DNA of 64,000 nt. It comes from an uncultured Cytophagales bacterium. GTDB taxonomy: Bacteria > Bacteroidota > Bacteroidia > Cytophagales > JAAEPT01. This document shows, piece by piece, positions 20,099 to 30,494 of the stretch (position 1 is the first letter of the stretch; every line of letters starts with the position of its first letter). The DNA lies in assembly GCA_963815495.1 (NCBI GenBank), contig CAWFGW010000011.1, positions 54,957 through 118,956 of the forward strand, in the 5' to 3' direction. The notes under the pieces were generated by a model. It was not told where the DNA came from and made no database searches. It worked only from the letters and a program-made list of their open reading frames with translations. The translations under genes and the position numbers were made by a program.

Positions 20099-20677
20099 AT
20101 GAATAACACAAACTACTCGATCATCTATCGCATCATGCATTGGTCTATCGCTATATGCCTGTTTTTATTACTCATTACTATATTTTTACGCTTAGGCTGG
20201 ATGAATAAAGGTGAGATGGCTACTATTATTGAAAATTCAGCAACTAAAAACCACCCGTCCTTTACTTCTGGTGAAGCAAGTGCTATTGCAAAAAGCATTC
20301 GTAACCCGATGTGGATTTGGCATATTTATATTGGATATGTGTTAGTAGGTTTGTTCAGCATTCGTTTTTTACTTCCTCTATTTGGGAAAATGAAGTACAA
20401 AAATCCCTTAAAAAAAGACTTATCTTTTAAACAACGTTTTCAATCGTGGATGTATTTGGTGTTTTATGTGTGTATCGCCATTTCACTTATCACTGGTTTG
20501 TTTTTAGAGTTTGGACCAGAAAGTTTAGAACATACCATGGAAGACATCCATGTACTGTCTATTTATTACTTAATCACTTACATTCTGTTACATATTGGTG
20601 GGGTACTTATCGCGGAACTCACTGATGATCAAGGATTAGTTTCTAGAATAATTAGTGGCGAAAAAAAAGAGATTTAA
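20099..20677 (+). CDS. Cytochrome b561-like di-haem membrane protein
   Basis: Four TM segments with His ligands (RIMHW, IWHIY, DIHV, LHIGG). Confidence 0.85.
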   Translation: MNNTNYSIIYRIMHWSIAICLFLLLITIFLRLGWMNKGEMATIIENSATKNHPSFTSGEASAIAKSIRNPMWIWHIYIGYVLVGLFSIRFLLPLFGKMKYKNPLKKDLSFKQRFQSWMYLVFYVCIAISLITGLFLEFGPESLEHTMEDIHVLSIYYLITYILLHIGGVLIAELTDDQGLVSRIISGEKKEI

Positions 20678-22029
20678 TCCCTCTTTATTTGATCAGTATA
20701 AACTAATTTTTTCACTCTAAAGTAAAGCAATAAGGCCAAAACCGTAAGCCCTAGGGTTAACCCAAACCAAAACCCCTGGATCCCAAAACCTAACTTAATG
20801 GACAACAAATAGCCTATCGGAACGCCAAACACCCAATAAGCAATTACAGAAAACAAGGTTGGAATTTTGACATCTTTTATTCCACGAAGCACCCCATGTC
20901 CCGCCACTTGTAGTCCGTCCGACAACTGAAAAATGGCCGCAATAATAAGTAACGATGAAGCGGTTTCTATAATTTCTACTTCAGTATCTTTAACAAAAAA
21001 CAAGGGCACCAAATCTCTTGAAAAGAAAAGGCACAAGGCCGTGAAGCCCATAAAGGCTATAATCATCAAAAAAGCCGTAGTGCTTACTTCTTTCAAAGCG
21101 GATTGATCATTTAACGCGGCTGCTTCACCTACTTTTACCGTTGCTGCAGCGCCTATGCCTGTAGAAATTAAATAAGTGGTTGCGGCAATGGTAATAGCTA
21201 TTTGATGTGCTGCCAAAGCAGTTGTGCCTAACCAACCAATCATAATTGCGGAAAAGGCAAAGGCTGTCACTTCCATGGCAAATTGCATCGAAATGGGGAA
21301 ACTTACTTTGGCTAGCTTTTTAATTGTAGCAAATGAGTACCGCACAAACGGATTGTTCCACAAACATTTTCTATAAAGCGGATTATTTAGAATATAAATT
21401 AACGAAAACACCACTAAACTACTCCGGGCAATCAAGGTAGCAATACCAGCTCCAACGATCCCCATGGGCTCAAAACCCAACTTTCCGTAGATTAATATAT
21501 AATTAAGAATAATATTTAACCCATTACTCGCAAAGCTAATGATCATCGCTGGCTTGGTAAACGACAACCCTTCGGTAGTTTGCTTAAAGAGATTTGAAAA
21601 AATAACTGGAACCATCGAGAAGCAAAGCAAAAAATAATATGGTTTCGCTAATGTTACCACTTTTTCGGGCTGGTTCATGTTATCCAAAAATAAACCACTG
21701 GAAAGACCAATAAGTAGCAAGGCTATTCCTAAAATGCTAAACAGAATTAGCCCGTTGGAGGTCGTTGTTTTTAATTCCTCATCTTCCTTTTTCACATGCG
21801 CAAAAGTCACAAAGGGTGTAATTCCCATTGAAAACCCAATGTTAAAAACTAATAAAGGAATAAACACATTGAAAGCAAAGGTTGCACCAGCTAAGTGGTC
21901 AGCATTATAATTCCCTAACATGACGGTGTCCGCAATGTTGGTCATCACATGACTTACCTGACCCAAACTTACTGGATATGCCAAGAGGAAAAGTTCTTTG
22001 GCATATCGCAGCCTGTTGGTTTGTTTCAT
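20674..22029 (-). CDS. MATE efflux transporter (NorM-like)
   Basis: About 12 TM segments; ADTVMLG, LAAHQIA and FQLSDGLQ motifs. Confidence 0.93.
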   Translation of the reverse strand: MKQTNRLRYAKELFLLAYPVSLGQVSHVMTNIADTVMLGNYNADHLAGATFAFNVFIPLLVFNIGFSMGITPFVTFAHVKKEDEELKTTTSNGLILFSILGIALLLIGLSSGLFLDNMNQPEKVVTLAKPYYFLLCFSMVPVIFSNLFKQTTEGLSFTKPAMIISFASNGLNIILNYILIYGKLGFEPMGIVGAGIATLIARSSLVVFSLIYILNNPLYRKCLWNNPFVRYSFATIKKLAKVSFPISMQFAMEVTAFAFSAIMIGWLGTTALAAHQIAITIAATTYLISTGIGAAATVKVGEAAALNDQSALKEVSTTAFLMIIAFMGFTALCLFFSRDLVPLFFVKDTEVEIIETASSLLIIAAIFQLSDGLQVAGHGVLRGIKDVKIPTLFSVIAYWVFGVPIGYLLSIKLGFGIQGFWFGLTLGLTVLALLLYFRVKKLVYTDQIKRD

Positions 22030-22054
22030 AGAGCACTCCGCAGAGCTGGTGGAA

Positions 22055-23047
22055 TTAATTAGAAATGGAAACGGCCTTTAAAATTGCTGCCACAATCTCT
22101 TTAGTAGTTATTCCATCTGCCTCTGCTTCATAGTTTAAAATGATTCGGTGCCCCAGCACATCATAAGCAATCTCTTTAATATCTTCGGGTAACACGTAAT
22201 TTCTACCATCCATAAAAGCCAATGCCTTAGCTCCTAAATTTAAGCCGATGCTTGCGCGGGGAGAAACACCAAACTGAATGTAATCTGCTTCTTTTTTTAA
22301 GCCGTAGTCTTTTGGCGTTCGGGTTGCAAAAATTAACTCAATGATGTACTTCTCTAATGATTCAGAGATTTCTACCGAATTCACTGCTTGTCGGACTGCA
22401 AAGATATCTTCTACCGAAAGAACTTGTTCAGCTTTCGCTGCGAAATTCATATTAGCCATTCTACGCATCACCTCAAGCTCTGCCTCTTTACCTGGGTAAT
22501 CCACCGTTACTTTCATCATAAAACGGTCAACTTGTGCTTCGGGTAAGGGATAGGTTCCTTCCTGATCCACCGGATTTTGAGTTGCCAACACTAAAAATGG
22601 TCGGTCCAGCGGGTACGTTGTTTCACCAATAGTTACTTGTTTTTCTTGCATACATTCGAGCAATGCTGCTTGTACTTTGGCTGGTGATCTGTTTACCTCA
22701 TCAGCTAAAATGATGTTGGCGAAGATAGGCCCTTTTTTTACTTCAAATTCCGCTTTCTTTTGATTATAGATCATGGTTCCAACTAAATCGGCTGGAAGCA
22801 AGTCTGGGGTAAACTGGATACGTTTAAAATTCAAATCCAATACCTTGGAAAGTGTATTCACCGTTAAAGTTTTTGCTAACCCTGGTACACCTTCTAACAA
22901 AATGTGTCCGTTCGTAAACAAACCAATTAACAAACGGTTGATCATATATTGTTGACCAACAACGACTTTCTCAACTTCTTTTTTGACAAGGGCAATTTTA
23001 TCCTGCAACTGAGTTGAATGTTCTATTTGTGCTACTGCTTCTTCCAT
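22055..23047 (-). CDS. MoxR family AAA+ ATPase
   Basis: GVPGLAKT, RIQFTPDLLPAD, DEVNR and ATQNP.DQEGTYPLPEAQ.DRF motifs. Confidence 0.95.
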   Translation of the reverse strand: MEEAVAQIEHSTQLQDKIALVKKEVEKVVVGQQYMINRLLIGLFTNGHILLEGVPGLAKTLTVNTLSKVLDLNFKRIQFTPDLLPADLVGTMIYNQKKAEFEVKKGPIFANIILADEVNRSPAKVQAALLECMQEKQVTIGETTYPLDRPFLVLATQNPVDQEGTYPLPEAQVDRFMMKVTVDYPGKEAELEVMRRMANMNFAAKAEQVLSVEDIFAVRQAVNSVEISESLEKYIIELIFATRTPKDYGLKKEADYIQFGVSPRASIGLNLGAKALAFMDGRNYVLPEDIKEIAYDVLGHRIILNYEAEADGITTKEIVAAILKAVSISN

Positions 23048-23089
23048 AGTTCTTAGGTTTATTGCTTTATTCTCAGTTTCAAATTTAAC

Positions 23090-23123
23090 AAAAAAAAAGG
23101 CCTTAAAAACTAATTTAAGACCT
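23090..23123 (-). terminator. Rho-independent terminator after the ECF sigma gene
   Basis: Minus strand aggtcttaaa...tttaaggcct followed by a T tract. Confidence 0.65.
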
Positions 23124-23151
23124 GATGACTACAAGAATTTGATTAAACCAA

Positions 23152-23673
23152 CTACGCTACGTGTTTCAACGGCAATTTAAAGGACAATCTGTCTGTTAGA
23201 ATCTCACGTGCCTTAAAGATTTTATGCTTTACCGTACCCATCGGGATTCCTAATTCTTCCGCTATTTCCTTATATTTAAAACCATTTAAATATTTTTTTA
23301 ATGGTGTTTTAAGTTCATCAGCTAACTTTTCAATTTGCTCATACAACTCATTCATTCGCGTATACATCTCTGGGCTCTCGTAGGACTGCTGATTAAATAC
23401 GGACTTTCGCATCAAATCTGACTTTGCAGCCTTATAATTCATCAAGCGTACGTTTCTGTGGTACTGGTTGATATAGGTGTTTGACATAATCGTACACAAC
23501 CAACCCCGTAAATTAGTGTCGTGCTTGTATTTATCTTTATAAACAATGGCTTTGGTAAATGTTTCCTGCACCAAGTCCTTTCGATCTTCAAAATCAAGTG
23601 AAAAACGAGAAGAATAGCTCATTAGCGTTTTCTGATGCTCCATTATTGCGGTTGTAAATTCTCTTGTAGTCAT
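23152..23673 (-). CDS. ECF RNA polymerase sigma factor
   Basis: DLVQETF, WLCTIM.N.YIN (region 2) and YKEIAEELGIPMGTVK (region 4). Confidence 0.93.
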   Translation of the reverse strand: MTTREFTTAIMEHQKTLMSYSSRFSLDFEDRKDLVQETFTKAIVYKDKYKHDTNLRGWLCTIMSNTYINQYHRNVRLMNYKAAKSDLMRKSVFNQQSYESPEMYTRMNELYEQIEKLADELKTPLKKYLNGFKYKEIAEELGIPMGTVKHKIFKAREILTDRLSFKLPLKHVA

Positions 23674-23681
23674 AACAGTTT

Positions 23682-23725
23682 TTCTTTTTGTTTAACTTAT
23701 TGTAATAATAGTTAAACAAAAAGAA
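23682..23725. promoter_or_regulatory. 16-bp perfect inverted repeat, candidate LitR/CarH operator
   Basis: TTCTTTTTGTTTAACT-N12-AGTTAAACAAAAAGAA, 9 nt upstream of the sigma ATG. Confidence 0.55.
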
Positions 23726-23771
23726 TGTTACAACATTTTGTTTATTCATTTTTAAAAAAAGTTAGACACAA

Positions 23772-24656
23772 TTAGTTGAGGGAATGTAAAAATACAGATA
23801 AGGCCTTGGCATCAAGCACCTTTTTAATATTGGAAGGGTAGTTTAATGGGTTGTTAGTGATTTGAAATCCCGAAACGAGAATCTGCTTATCAAAAAAATC
23901 TTCTGATAGTCGGTTAATGTATTCCTGCATACTTCCTTCATCCATGTTTGAGATAAAAGAAGTTATCAAATAATCAAAATCGACCATTTCCCTTAGTGAC
24001 AATAAATCAACATAAGGAACTGATTGACCAATATAAACAACTTTAAAACCATTTTTCTTCAATAAATAACTACTAAATAATAAGCCTAGTTCGTGAAGTT
24101 CCTTTTCATGAAGGAACAGTAAAAAGGTTTTATCACGCTTAGGAAAAGGTAAGGTATCAATAGCTACAATTAATTTTTGACGAATGAGGTTAGAGATAAA
24201 GTGTTCTTGAGCGGGATTAATACTCCCGATTTGCCATAGTAACCCGATACGTTCAAATAAAGGATAAATGACTTCTAATACTATTTTCTCAAAATCGTGA
24301 TGTTGAGAAAGTTGAGTGAGAATATGAGAAAAACCAGCTTCATCTAAATCAATCATTGACACAATTAACGCGTCAATTTGGTTATCGAACCCATTTGTTT
24401 TTAAGGAATTAGTAATTTCTTCAACTTGTTGGTTAATCTGATTTTCGGATAGTTCTGCTATTCGGGATATTTTATATCCGTTGTTATGGAGGATGGTGAT
24501 TTTTAAAACTTTTCGAAGAGTCTCATCGGTATAATACCGAATGTTGGTAGGGGTACGTTCTGGTTGAAAAATATTATAACGTTTTTCCCAAATACGAATC
24601 GTGTGTGCCTTAATTCCCGACAACCGCTCCATATCATTAATTGAATACTTTCCCAT
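23772..24656 (-). CDS. litR: MerR-family B12-binding photoreceptor/repressor (CarH/LitR type)
   Basis: MerR HTH (HTIRIWEKRY, RT.TNIRYY); Wx9EH motif WQIGSINPAQEH; ExH.LG cobalamin motif ELHELG. Confidence 0.85.
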   Translation of the reverse strand: MGKYSINDMERLSGIKAHTIRIWEKRYNIFQPERTPTNIRYYTDETLRKVLKITILHNNGYKISRIAELSENQINQQVEEITNSLKTNGFDNQIDALIVSMIDLDEAGFSHILTQLSQHHDFEKIVLEVIYPLFERIGLLWQIGSINPAQEHFISNLIRQKLIVAIDTLPFPKRDKTFLLFLHEKELHELGLLFSSYLLKKNGFKVVYIGQSVPYVDLLSLREMVDFDYLITSFISNMDEGSMQEYINRLSEDFFDKQILVSGFQITNNPLNYPSNIKKVLDAKALSVFLHSLN

Positions 24657-24715
24657 GCACCTCTTCTTTGGTAAAGATAAACGACTTTATTGGCGATTTG
24701 TTTAAACTTATTTTT

Positions 24716-26110
24716 TCAATTACCAGCAGTATAACTTGTTGGAATAAAATCCGTGGTGCTAAACGACTTAATGGTCAATTGATTGCTTACAATCGGAATT
24801 GTAAATGTAAAGCTATTATTTCGCCTACCCTTTGTTTGTAAAGTTACTTCATTTTGCCCTTCTGGAAGTTTCATGCGTGTGTAATAAATGCTATGCGGCA
24901 AAGTTTGCCAGTTACGAGTATCTGCTTTTTCAGTAAAGGCATTCACGACCCCAACCAATGCTCCAATCCCTTCATTTTGCGATCGAGCCATTTTTTCAGC
25001 AGCTTTTTTTGTTGCTAATCGCAATAAAGATTTTCCTACTTCCAACTTCATCCTATCCTGCAGTCCCTTTTGAGCAACCTCACTCACATCTTCTACTAAA
25101 TTCAATTGTTTGCTTTTCCCGTTTGCTGAAAGACTACCTTGTTGATAAACCAGTGGACGTTCTTCATACTTTGGAAAAGCAATACGCAATACTCCTAAAT
25201 CTCCTAATCCTTTGGATTGATAATCCTGACTTGACATATAAAAAGGGAAGTTGAGTCCCATTTCTTCATTTGCAAATACCACTTGTCCCCCACTACCTTT
25301 GTTGACAACAAAATTGATACTCCATTCAGCTTTTACAGGAGAAAGTCCATTATGCCATAAAAACACTAAATCACCTGAATTTTCTAATTTGTCTGGCGTA
25401 TATTTCATTCCAAACTCTTTTTCATAAAATGTTTGGTCTTCATAAAACCCCATCAAGTGTGCTGTTCGCATTAAGTCTAACTTGAGCTGCTCTGGTACCG
25501 ACATATTAAACAAGCGGGCATAATCATCTTTGTAATAGGTGTACGCGTTTCTGTAAGCTATAAAGGCGTTGTTATAATCTTTTTGGGCATCATAAATAAT
25601 CCCCATTAACACATGTATGAATGCATCATTCTGAAATCGTTTTTCATTTTTATATTTATCGGCTTGTGCTGCTAAACGAATATTCATTCGTTTACACTCC
25701 ACTAAAGCAGCATTATAATCTCCTAAATAAAAGTAGTTGAGTGCTTTGTAATAATTGATGTATAACGCTTCATGATCTTCTGCTTTATAATCCGTGACAC
25801 TTGGATTGGTTAAAAACGAAGCAAATTGATCAACCACGTTGGATTGGTTATCTTCGGTGTATTCATATGCTTTTTCAAAAAACTGATTGCTTTCTGCGTG
25901 CTTTCCTTGCATAAACGCAACCACGCCTCTATTTAAGAAATATAAGAGGCGTGTTTTGCGTTCTTCAGCTTTTTTATCTTTATCAAGTGCTACTGCTGCT
26001 CTGTCGAGATTACCCTGTTGAAAGTATTGGTTAAACTCAGCATTACGTTTGTAATATGTAGCACACGAAGTAAAAAGTATAATAAGAAATAAGAAGGTGT
26101 ATTTTCTCAT
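24716..26110 (-). CDS. COG3014-type TPR-like lipoprotein
   Basis: Lipobox FTSC; EKADTRNWQTLP motif; stop/start overlap with lpoB. Confidence 0.8.
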   Translation of the reverse strand: MRKYTFLFLIILFTSCATYYKRNAEFNQYFQQGNLDRAAVALDKDKKAEERKTRLLYFLNRGVVAFMQGKHAESNQFFEKAYEYTEDNQSNVVDQFASFLTNPSVTDYKAEDHEALYINYYKALNYFYLGDYNAALVECKRMNIRLAAQADKYKNEKRFQNDAFIHVLMGIIYDAQKDYNNAFIAYRNAYTYYKDDYARLFNMSVPEQLKLDLMRTAHLMGFYEDQTFYEKEFGMKYTPDKLENSGDLVFLWHNGLSPVKAEWSINFVVNKGSGGQVVFANEEMGLNFPFYMSSQDYQSKGLGDLGVLRIAFPKYEERPLVYQQGSLSANGKSKQLNLVEDVSEVAQKGLQDRMKLEVGKSLLRLATKKAAEKMARSQNEGIGALVGVVNAFTEKADTRNWQTLPHSIYYTRMKLPEGQNEVTLQTKGRRNNSFTFTIPIVSNQLTIKSFSTTDFIPTSYTAGN

Positions 26111-26703
26111 TAGTCTTTAATGACCTTCTTTATTTTTTTATCACCTATCCAAACAATTTCGTTAGTTGTCATGTCAGCTAACTCAAGGTTGATTTGATAA
26201 GTAACTGTTTTGGTTTTATTGTACGCATCAACGAATGAATTCATCGTTCCAAAGACCATAAAGTCTGCACCCAATTCTCTACCCCACTTCGCTTGAGTTT
26301 CAGGTGAAGCATACGTTTGTTGGTCTTCGCGTTCTTCCCGTAGTTTTTCGCGGAACAAACTATTTTGAACCACTCGAACGGTAGAGGTATTGATAAACTC
26401 GCGTTCCATATCCTTTATGAAAGTTTCAGCTTCTATATGCTCATGACTTTTGTTCGTGATAATTCCTACAATTACCACCGGTTTACGACCATGTTTTGCA
26501 ATAAAATCTGTTCTCCAATTACGGTTGATACAGTCTTTAGTCATTTCTTCGGCAACCAAACGAGAGTCTGTATCATTCCATCGACCACTTAAATCAATTT
26601 GTGTAGTAGGGTCAACGCGAGTGACTGTTCGACCTTTTTTAACGCATTGTGTAAATAATAAGCCAGAAGTAAGTATTGTGGCTGCTAATAAGATTTGTTT
26701 CAT
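26110..26703 (-). CDS. lpoB: LpoB-family (PBP activator-like) lipoprotein
   Basis: Lipobox FTQC; DLSGRWNDTDSRLVAEEM, NKSHEHI and EIVWIG.KKIKK motifs. Confidence 0.75.
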   Translation of the reverse strand: MKQILLAATILTSGLLFTQCVKKGRTVTRVDPTTQIDLSGRWNDTDSRLVAEEMTKDCINRNWRTDFIAKHGRKPVVIVGIITNKSHEHIEAETFIKDMEREFINTSTVRVVQNSLFREKLREEREDQQTYASPETQAKWGRELGADFMVFGTMNSFVDAYNKTKTVTYQINLELADMTTNEIVWIGDKKIKKVIKD

Positions 26704-26739
26704 GATTATGGATTTTGTTAAAGTGATTCTAGTTATAAA

Positions 26740-27342
26740 TTACCAAGTTAAGAAAATGGTTGACCAAAAGACCATTGGAATAACCGTTCCCCAAAATATT
26801 GCTTCTTGATTGCGTCTGCGATCTATTATTTGTTGCTCTAGCTGTCTTTGTCGCACAGCTACTTGATTTTGATTGTTGCTGTTATTGCGTTGTTTTTTTT
26901 GTGAATTGTAATAAGTAATAGCATTGTTGGTTTCGTCTAAAAATTGTCTGGCTGTTTTATTATCTGGATCAAGTTCAAGTGTTCTTTCAAAGTCAGATTT
27001 TGCATTTTGAAATTGGTTGGTCTCAAAATAGCAGATTCCTCTATTTAAATACGCTACGTATTTGTAATCGGCTTTATCAATGACATGCGAAAAATTGTTT
27101 ATCGCTGAATTGTATTTTTTCATCTGCATGTACGCATACCCTCTTTCATAATACATCGAATGGCTATAGGGCATCATGGTAATTGCGGTATCGAGCATTA
27201 CGATTGCACTATCATATTTACTTTGAAGCAAATAATTTCTGCCTTGCTCTTGGTATAATTTATATTGTTCTAAAGGCGATTCTTGTTGAGAAAACCCACA
27301 AAAAAACGTAAGAGTGAATATAATAGCGAGTATTTTTTTCAT
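26740..27342 (-). CDS. Exported TPR protein
   Basis: Signal peptide, 3-4 TPRs (YYERGYAY, YLNRGICY), C-terminal TM segment. Confidence 0.8.
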   Translation of the reverse strand: MKKILAIIFTLTFFCGFSQQESPLEQYKLYQEQGRNYLLQSKYDSAIVMLDTAITMMPYSHSMYYERGYAYMQMKKYNSAINNFSHVIDKADYKYVAYLNRGICYFETNQFQNAKSDFERTLELDPDNKTARQFLDETNNAITYYNSQKKQRNNSNNQNQVAVRQRQLEQQIIDRRRNQEAIFWGTVIPMVFWSTIFLTW

Positions 27343-27357
27343 AGCGTTGTCGCAATT

Positions 27358-27373
27358 TACAATATGTATGCCA
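27358..27373 (-). promoter_or_regulatory. Possible sigma-54 -24/-12 promoter
   Basis: Minus strand TGGCAT-ACATA-TTGTA resembles TGGCAC-N5-TTGCW; implies a very short leader. Confidence 0.35.
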
Positions 27374-27674
27374 CTCTTATATTAAATCTCAAAAAAAAAT
27401 CCATTATGGTAAATCCAGACAAAGGATTAACTAATATAAGTTAGAATTCTTTTAGCCTCGGCTTAATTATTGATTAATTGCTTTGAAATTTTTCGGGCTC
27501 AAGCTGCTTGGCTTTTCACATTGATTTAAAACAGATGATCAGCCCAGCAAACATTAACCCCTATATCAAACACATCTAATATTGTTTTTTACATATCAAA
27601 ATCACAATAAGAAACGCTATTGGATGTGAATTAATCTGTAAACAAAAAAGCTGATGAGATTTAATTAGTGCTTG

Positions 27675-28094
27675 CTACAACTTCCTTTCTGATTCTTTAA
27701 TTGGCAAGTCATTAATGCTCGCATAACGTTTAGCCATTAACCCATTTTCATCGAATTCCCAGTTTTCATTGCCATATGCACGAAACCAATTTCCCGATAA
27801 GTCATGGTATTCATATTCAAACCGTACCGCAATCCTGTTTCCTGCGTGAGCCCAATAGCTTTTCTTCAGCTTATATTCGAGCTCATTTTCCCATTTGTTT
27901 TTTAAAAAAGCACGTACCGCCTCTCTGCCCGCAATAAATTCTGAACGATTGCGCCATTCGGTGTCCACGGTGTAGGCCATGCTTACCTTCTCCGGATTTT
28001 TGGAATTCCAGCCATCTTCAGCAGCTTGAATTTTTTGTTTTGCAGTTTCTTCGGTAAATGGTGGAAGGGGCAATTTTTGTTCTACTTGGGACAT
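27675..28094 (-). CDS. DUF1348 / NTF2-like protein
   Basis: PLPPFT.ETA, WRNRSEF, RIAVRF.YE and [12 protein letters not shown] motifs. Confidence 0.92.
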   Translation of the reverse strand: MSQVEQKLPLPPFTEETAKQKIQAAEDGWNSKNPEKVSMAYTVDTEWRNRSEFIAGREAVRAFLKNKWENELEYKLKKSYWAHAGNRIAVRFEYEYHDLSGNWFRAYGNENWEFDENGLMAKRYASINDLPIKESERKL

Positions 28095-28323
28095 AAATTT
28101 ACTTAGATACTTTATTAAAGTAAGTATACACTTGTTTTAAGTAAAGAGAAACTTTAATGTGTTAAAATTCTTATTAATAGACTAATATGTAAAATATGTG
28201 CTACAGTTTGTCAAAAAACTACTAGTTGGTTTTTTAAATTTTATTCGTACATTTACCTAAGTAGTTTTACGCACCAATCATACGTAAACAAAGTCTCAAG
28301 TTCAACACATACCTGATGTATCC

Positions 28324-29262
28324 ATGCCTTGCAAGAACGAACTCCCCGTTTTCAACATCAATAACTTTGAGGATTATAATCACTGCATGCAGTTTGACAA
28401 CAATTTTTATGTACGCACCTTCAAAGACCACCTTCGCGTCAACCGGTTTATTGACAAACCTCATGGCCATGATTTTTACCTCATTCTTCTGGTAACTAAG
28501 GGCAGTGGCACACACAATATTGATTTCAATGAATATAAAGTTGCTCCAGGCTCAATGTTTATCCTCTCCCCTGGACAAGTACACCAATGGGCATTATCAC
28601 CTGAAACAGATGGTTACGTGATGTTTTTTACTAAACAATATTTTTTATTAGACTTTAACCACGATCGCCTGACAAGACTTCCTTTTTTCAAATCCTCCTT
28701 TAGCATCCCCTATTTGAAATTAGATGTAATTGATCAACGTATTGTTGAAGACTCTTTTCAACGCATTAATAGCGAATACAACAAACATTTGGTCGACTAC
28801 CATGAGATGATTCGGTTGTATTTGAATGTCTTATTTATTGAGTTATCTCGCTTGTACAAAACCCAACATGAAGACCATATTGAATATAATTATGAGCTCA
28901 TACAACTTAACCGTTTTGAAACCTTAATTGATGACCATTATAAAGAACACGCAGGATTGCCATTCTATGCTGACAAAATGAGTATTTCACTCAAACAGCT
29001 GAGTCATTTATGTAAAAAGACTATTGGTAAAACCCCTTCTGAGATGATTATTGAACGTATTATTTTAGAAGCTAAGCGATTGATAATCCATTCCGACTTT
29101 TCTATTTCTAGCATTTCAGAAACACTCAACTATACCGACAATTCGTACTTTATCCGGATGTTCAAAAAAGTATGCAAACAAACTCCTGAACAGTTTCGCT
29201 ATTCCTTTGCCAGTCAAAAAAAGCAGCTGGAGGTGTTTCATGCCAACAAAAATTTGATTTAA
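28324..29262 (+). CDS. AraC family regulator (cupin + HTH)
   Basis: PHGHDFY, H.IDF and PGQVH cupin motifs; C-terminal HTH with SYF.RMFKK. Confidence 0.92.
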   Translation: MPCKNELPVFNINNFEDYNHCMQFDNNFYVRTFKDHLRVNRFIDKPHGHDFYLILLVTKGSGTHNIDFNEYKVAPGSMFILSPGQVHQWALSPETDGYVMFFTKQYFLLDFNHDRLTRLPFFKSSFSIPYLKLDVIDQRIVEDSFQRINSEYNKHLVDYHEMIRLYLNVLFIELSRLYKTQHEDHIEYNYELIQLNRFETLIDDHYKEHAGLPFYADKMSISLKQLSHLCKKTIGKTPSEMIIERIILEAKRLIIHSDFSISSISETLNYTDNSYFIRMFKKVCKQTPEQFRYSFASQKKQLEVFHANKNLI

Positions 29263-29715
29263 CCGTTGGCGGTGATTTTTGGTGCGGTGAATAATCAAAG
29301 TGTTAAAAGATATATTTTTAATCACCAAAAAAAGCTAGGGGTATTATATTACGACTCAAAAACCAATCGCAAGCCGTCATCCTGTATGAATAGACGCTGG
29401 TTAAACCTAGTAAATGTACCAACAGTAGCAATTCTGAGTCCTCCAAGGAGTGAACAGGAAAAATCTTATTTGATGGTTATTTAATACGAAGTAAAAACAT
29501 CTGCTATCAACTTTCATTTTTAATAGCTCCAAACCAAAAAAGCAGATTTCCACGCTTATTTTTTTATGATACTGTTGAATATTTAAATCAATAAATGGGT
29601 AATTATGTTCACAATCAATTTATTAAAATGCCGCCTGCGTAGCTTTGAAGTTAAATGTATAATTTTTGTTCATGGTTCATAGAAAACAATTAATGAAGAA
29701 CTAAAACAAATAACT

Positions 29716-30300
29716 ATGAAAACTAAATTTCTATCAGTCATTGTAGCAGCAACATTATTATTTAGTTGTGATGTAGATAAAACCCAATCAGGTAAAGCTC
29801 CAGAAGTGGATGTTGATGTTAACACTGAGGAAGGCAAGCTCCCAAAATATGACGTGGATTGGGCAAATGTGAAAGTGGACACCCGTACTAAAATGGTAAA
29901 AGTACCCAAAGTAATGGTGGTAATGGAGGAAAAAGAAGTAGAAGTTCCTTATATAAAATTCAATATGCCTGACAGTCTTGATGATGCTTCAGAGCGTACT
30001 ATTAGAGTAGAAGTCGAACTAACGGAAACAATGGGAGAGATTGAAATTGAAAAGATTTATGCATCAAAAAACAATCTTTATGTTATCTCTGAATTTGAAC
30101 TAGAAGATGAGCCTTTGAATGATAAAAAAGTACGTATTTCCGATCAAGTAATCATTAATGCTCCTAACAAATTAATAGTAAAGCACTACATAATCGGAGA
30201 CAAACCAGTCGGCTCCTTTAATGATGATTATAAATACATTAGTAATGAAGACGATATTAAATCTGAAGTTTCTGATGCAGTAAAAATTTATGAAGACTAA
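29716..30300 (+). CDS. Hypothetical lipoprotein
   Basis: Lipobox LFSC followed by DVD.TQ.G..PEVDV..EEG.LPKYDV pattern. Confidence 0.7.
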   Translation: MKTKFLSVIVAATLLFSCDVDKTQSGKAPEVDVDVNTEEGKLPKYDVDWANVKVDTRTKMVKVPKVMVVMEEKEVEVPYIKFNMPDSLDDASERTIRVEVELTETMGEIEIEKIYASKNNLYVISEFELEDEPLNDKKVRISDQVIINAPNKLIVKHYIIGDKPVGSFNDDYKYISNEDDIKSEVSDAVKIYED

Positions 30301-30397
30301 AAGTTAGTTAACCTATTATGATCATAAAGCCATTTCTATATATAGAAATCGTTTTTTTTGTTCTGATAGTAATAATCAATCTTACTAAAACCTCAAA

Positions 30398-30429
30398 AAT
30401 CCTCCGAGTTTTAAAAACCTGGGAAGATT
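30398..30429. repeat. Degenerate REP-like palindrome
   Basis: aatcctccgag-ttttaaaaa-cctgggaagatt imperfect palindrome, resembling intergenic palindromic repeats of Bacteroidota; single copy in this window. Confidence 0.35.
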
Positions 30430-30441
30430 GGAGTCCAAAAC

Positions 30442-30471
30442 AAAAAAGCAGCGCCAGAGGCACTGCTTTTT
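30442..30471 (-). terminator. Rho-independent terminator of the cyn operon (possibly bidirectional)
   Basis: Minus strand gcagtgcc-tct-ggcgctgc followed by T6; A/T tracts on both sides. Confidence 0.8.
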
Positions 30472-30494
30472 AAAAACATATTAATCAATCTCAA

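Noticed and set aside
27380-27670. Possible ncRNA in a 330-nt intergenic region
   Set aside because: No stable extended structure or known RNA motif recognisable by eye
29266-29484. 72-aa ORF after the AraC gene
   Set aside because: TTG start, no recognisable motif, atypical composition; likely spurious
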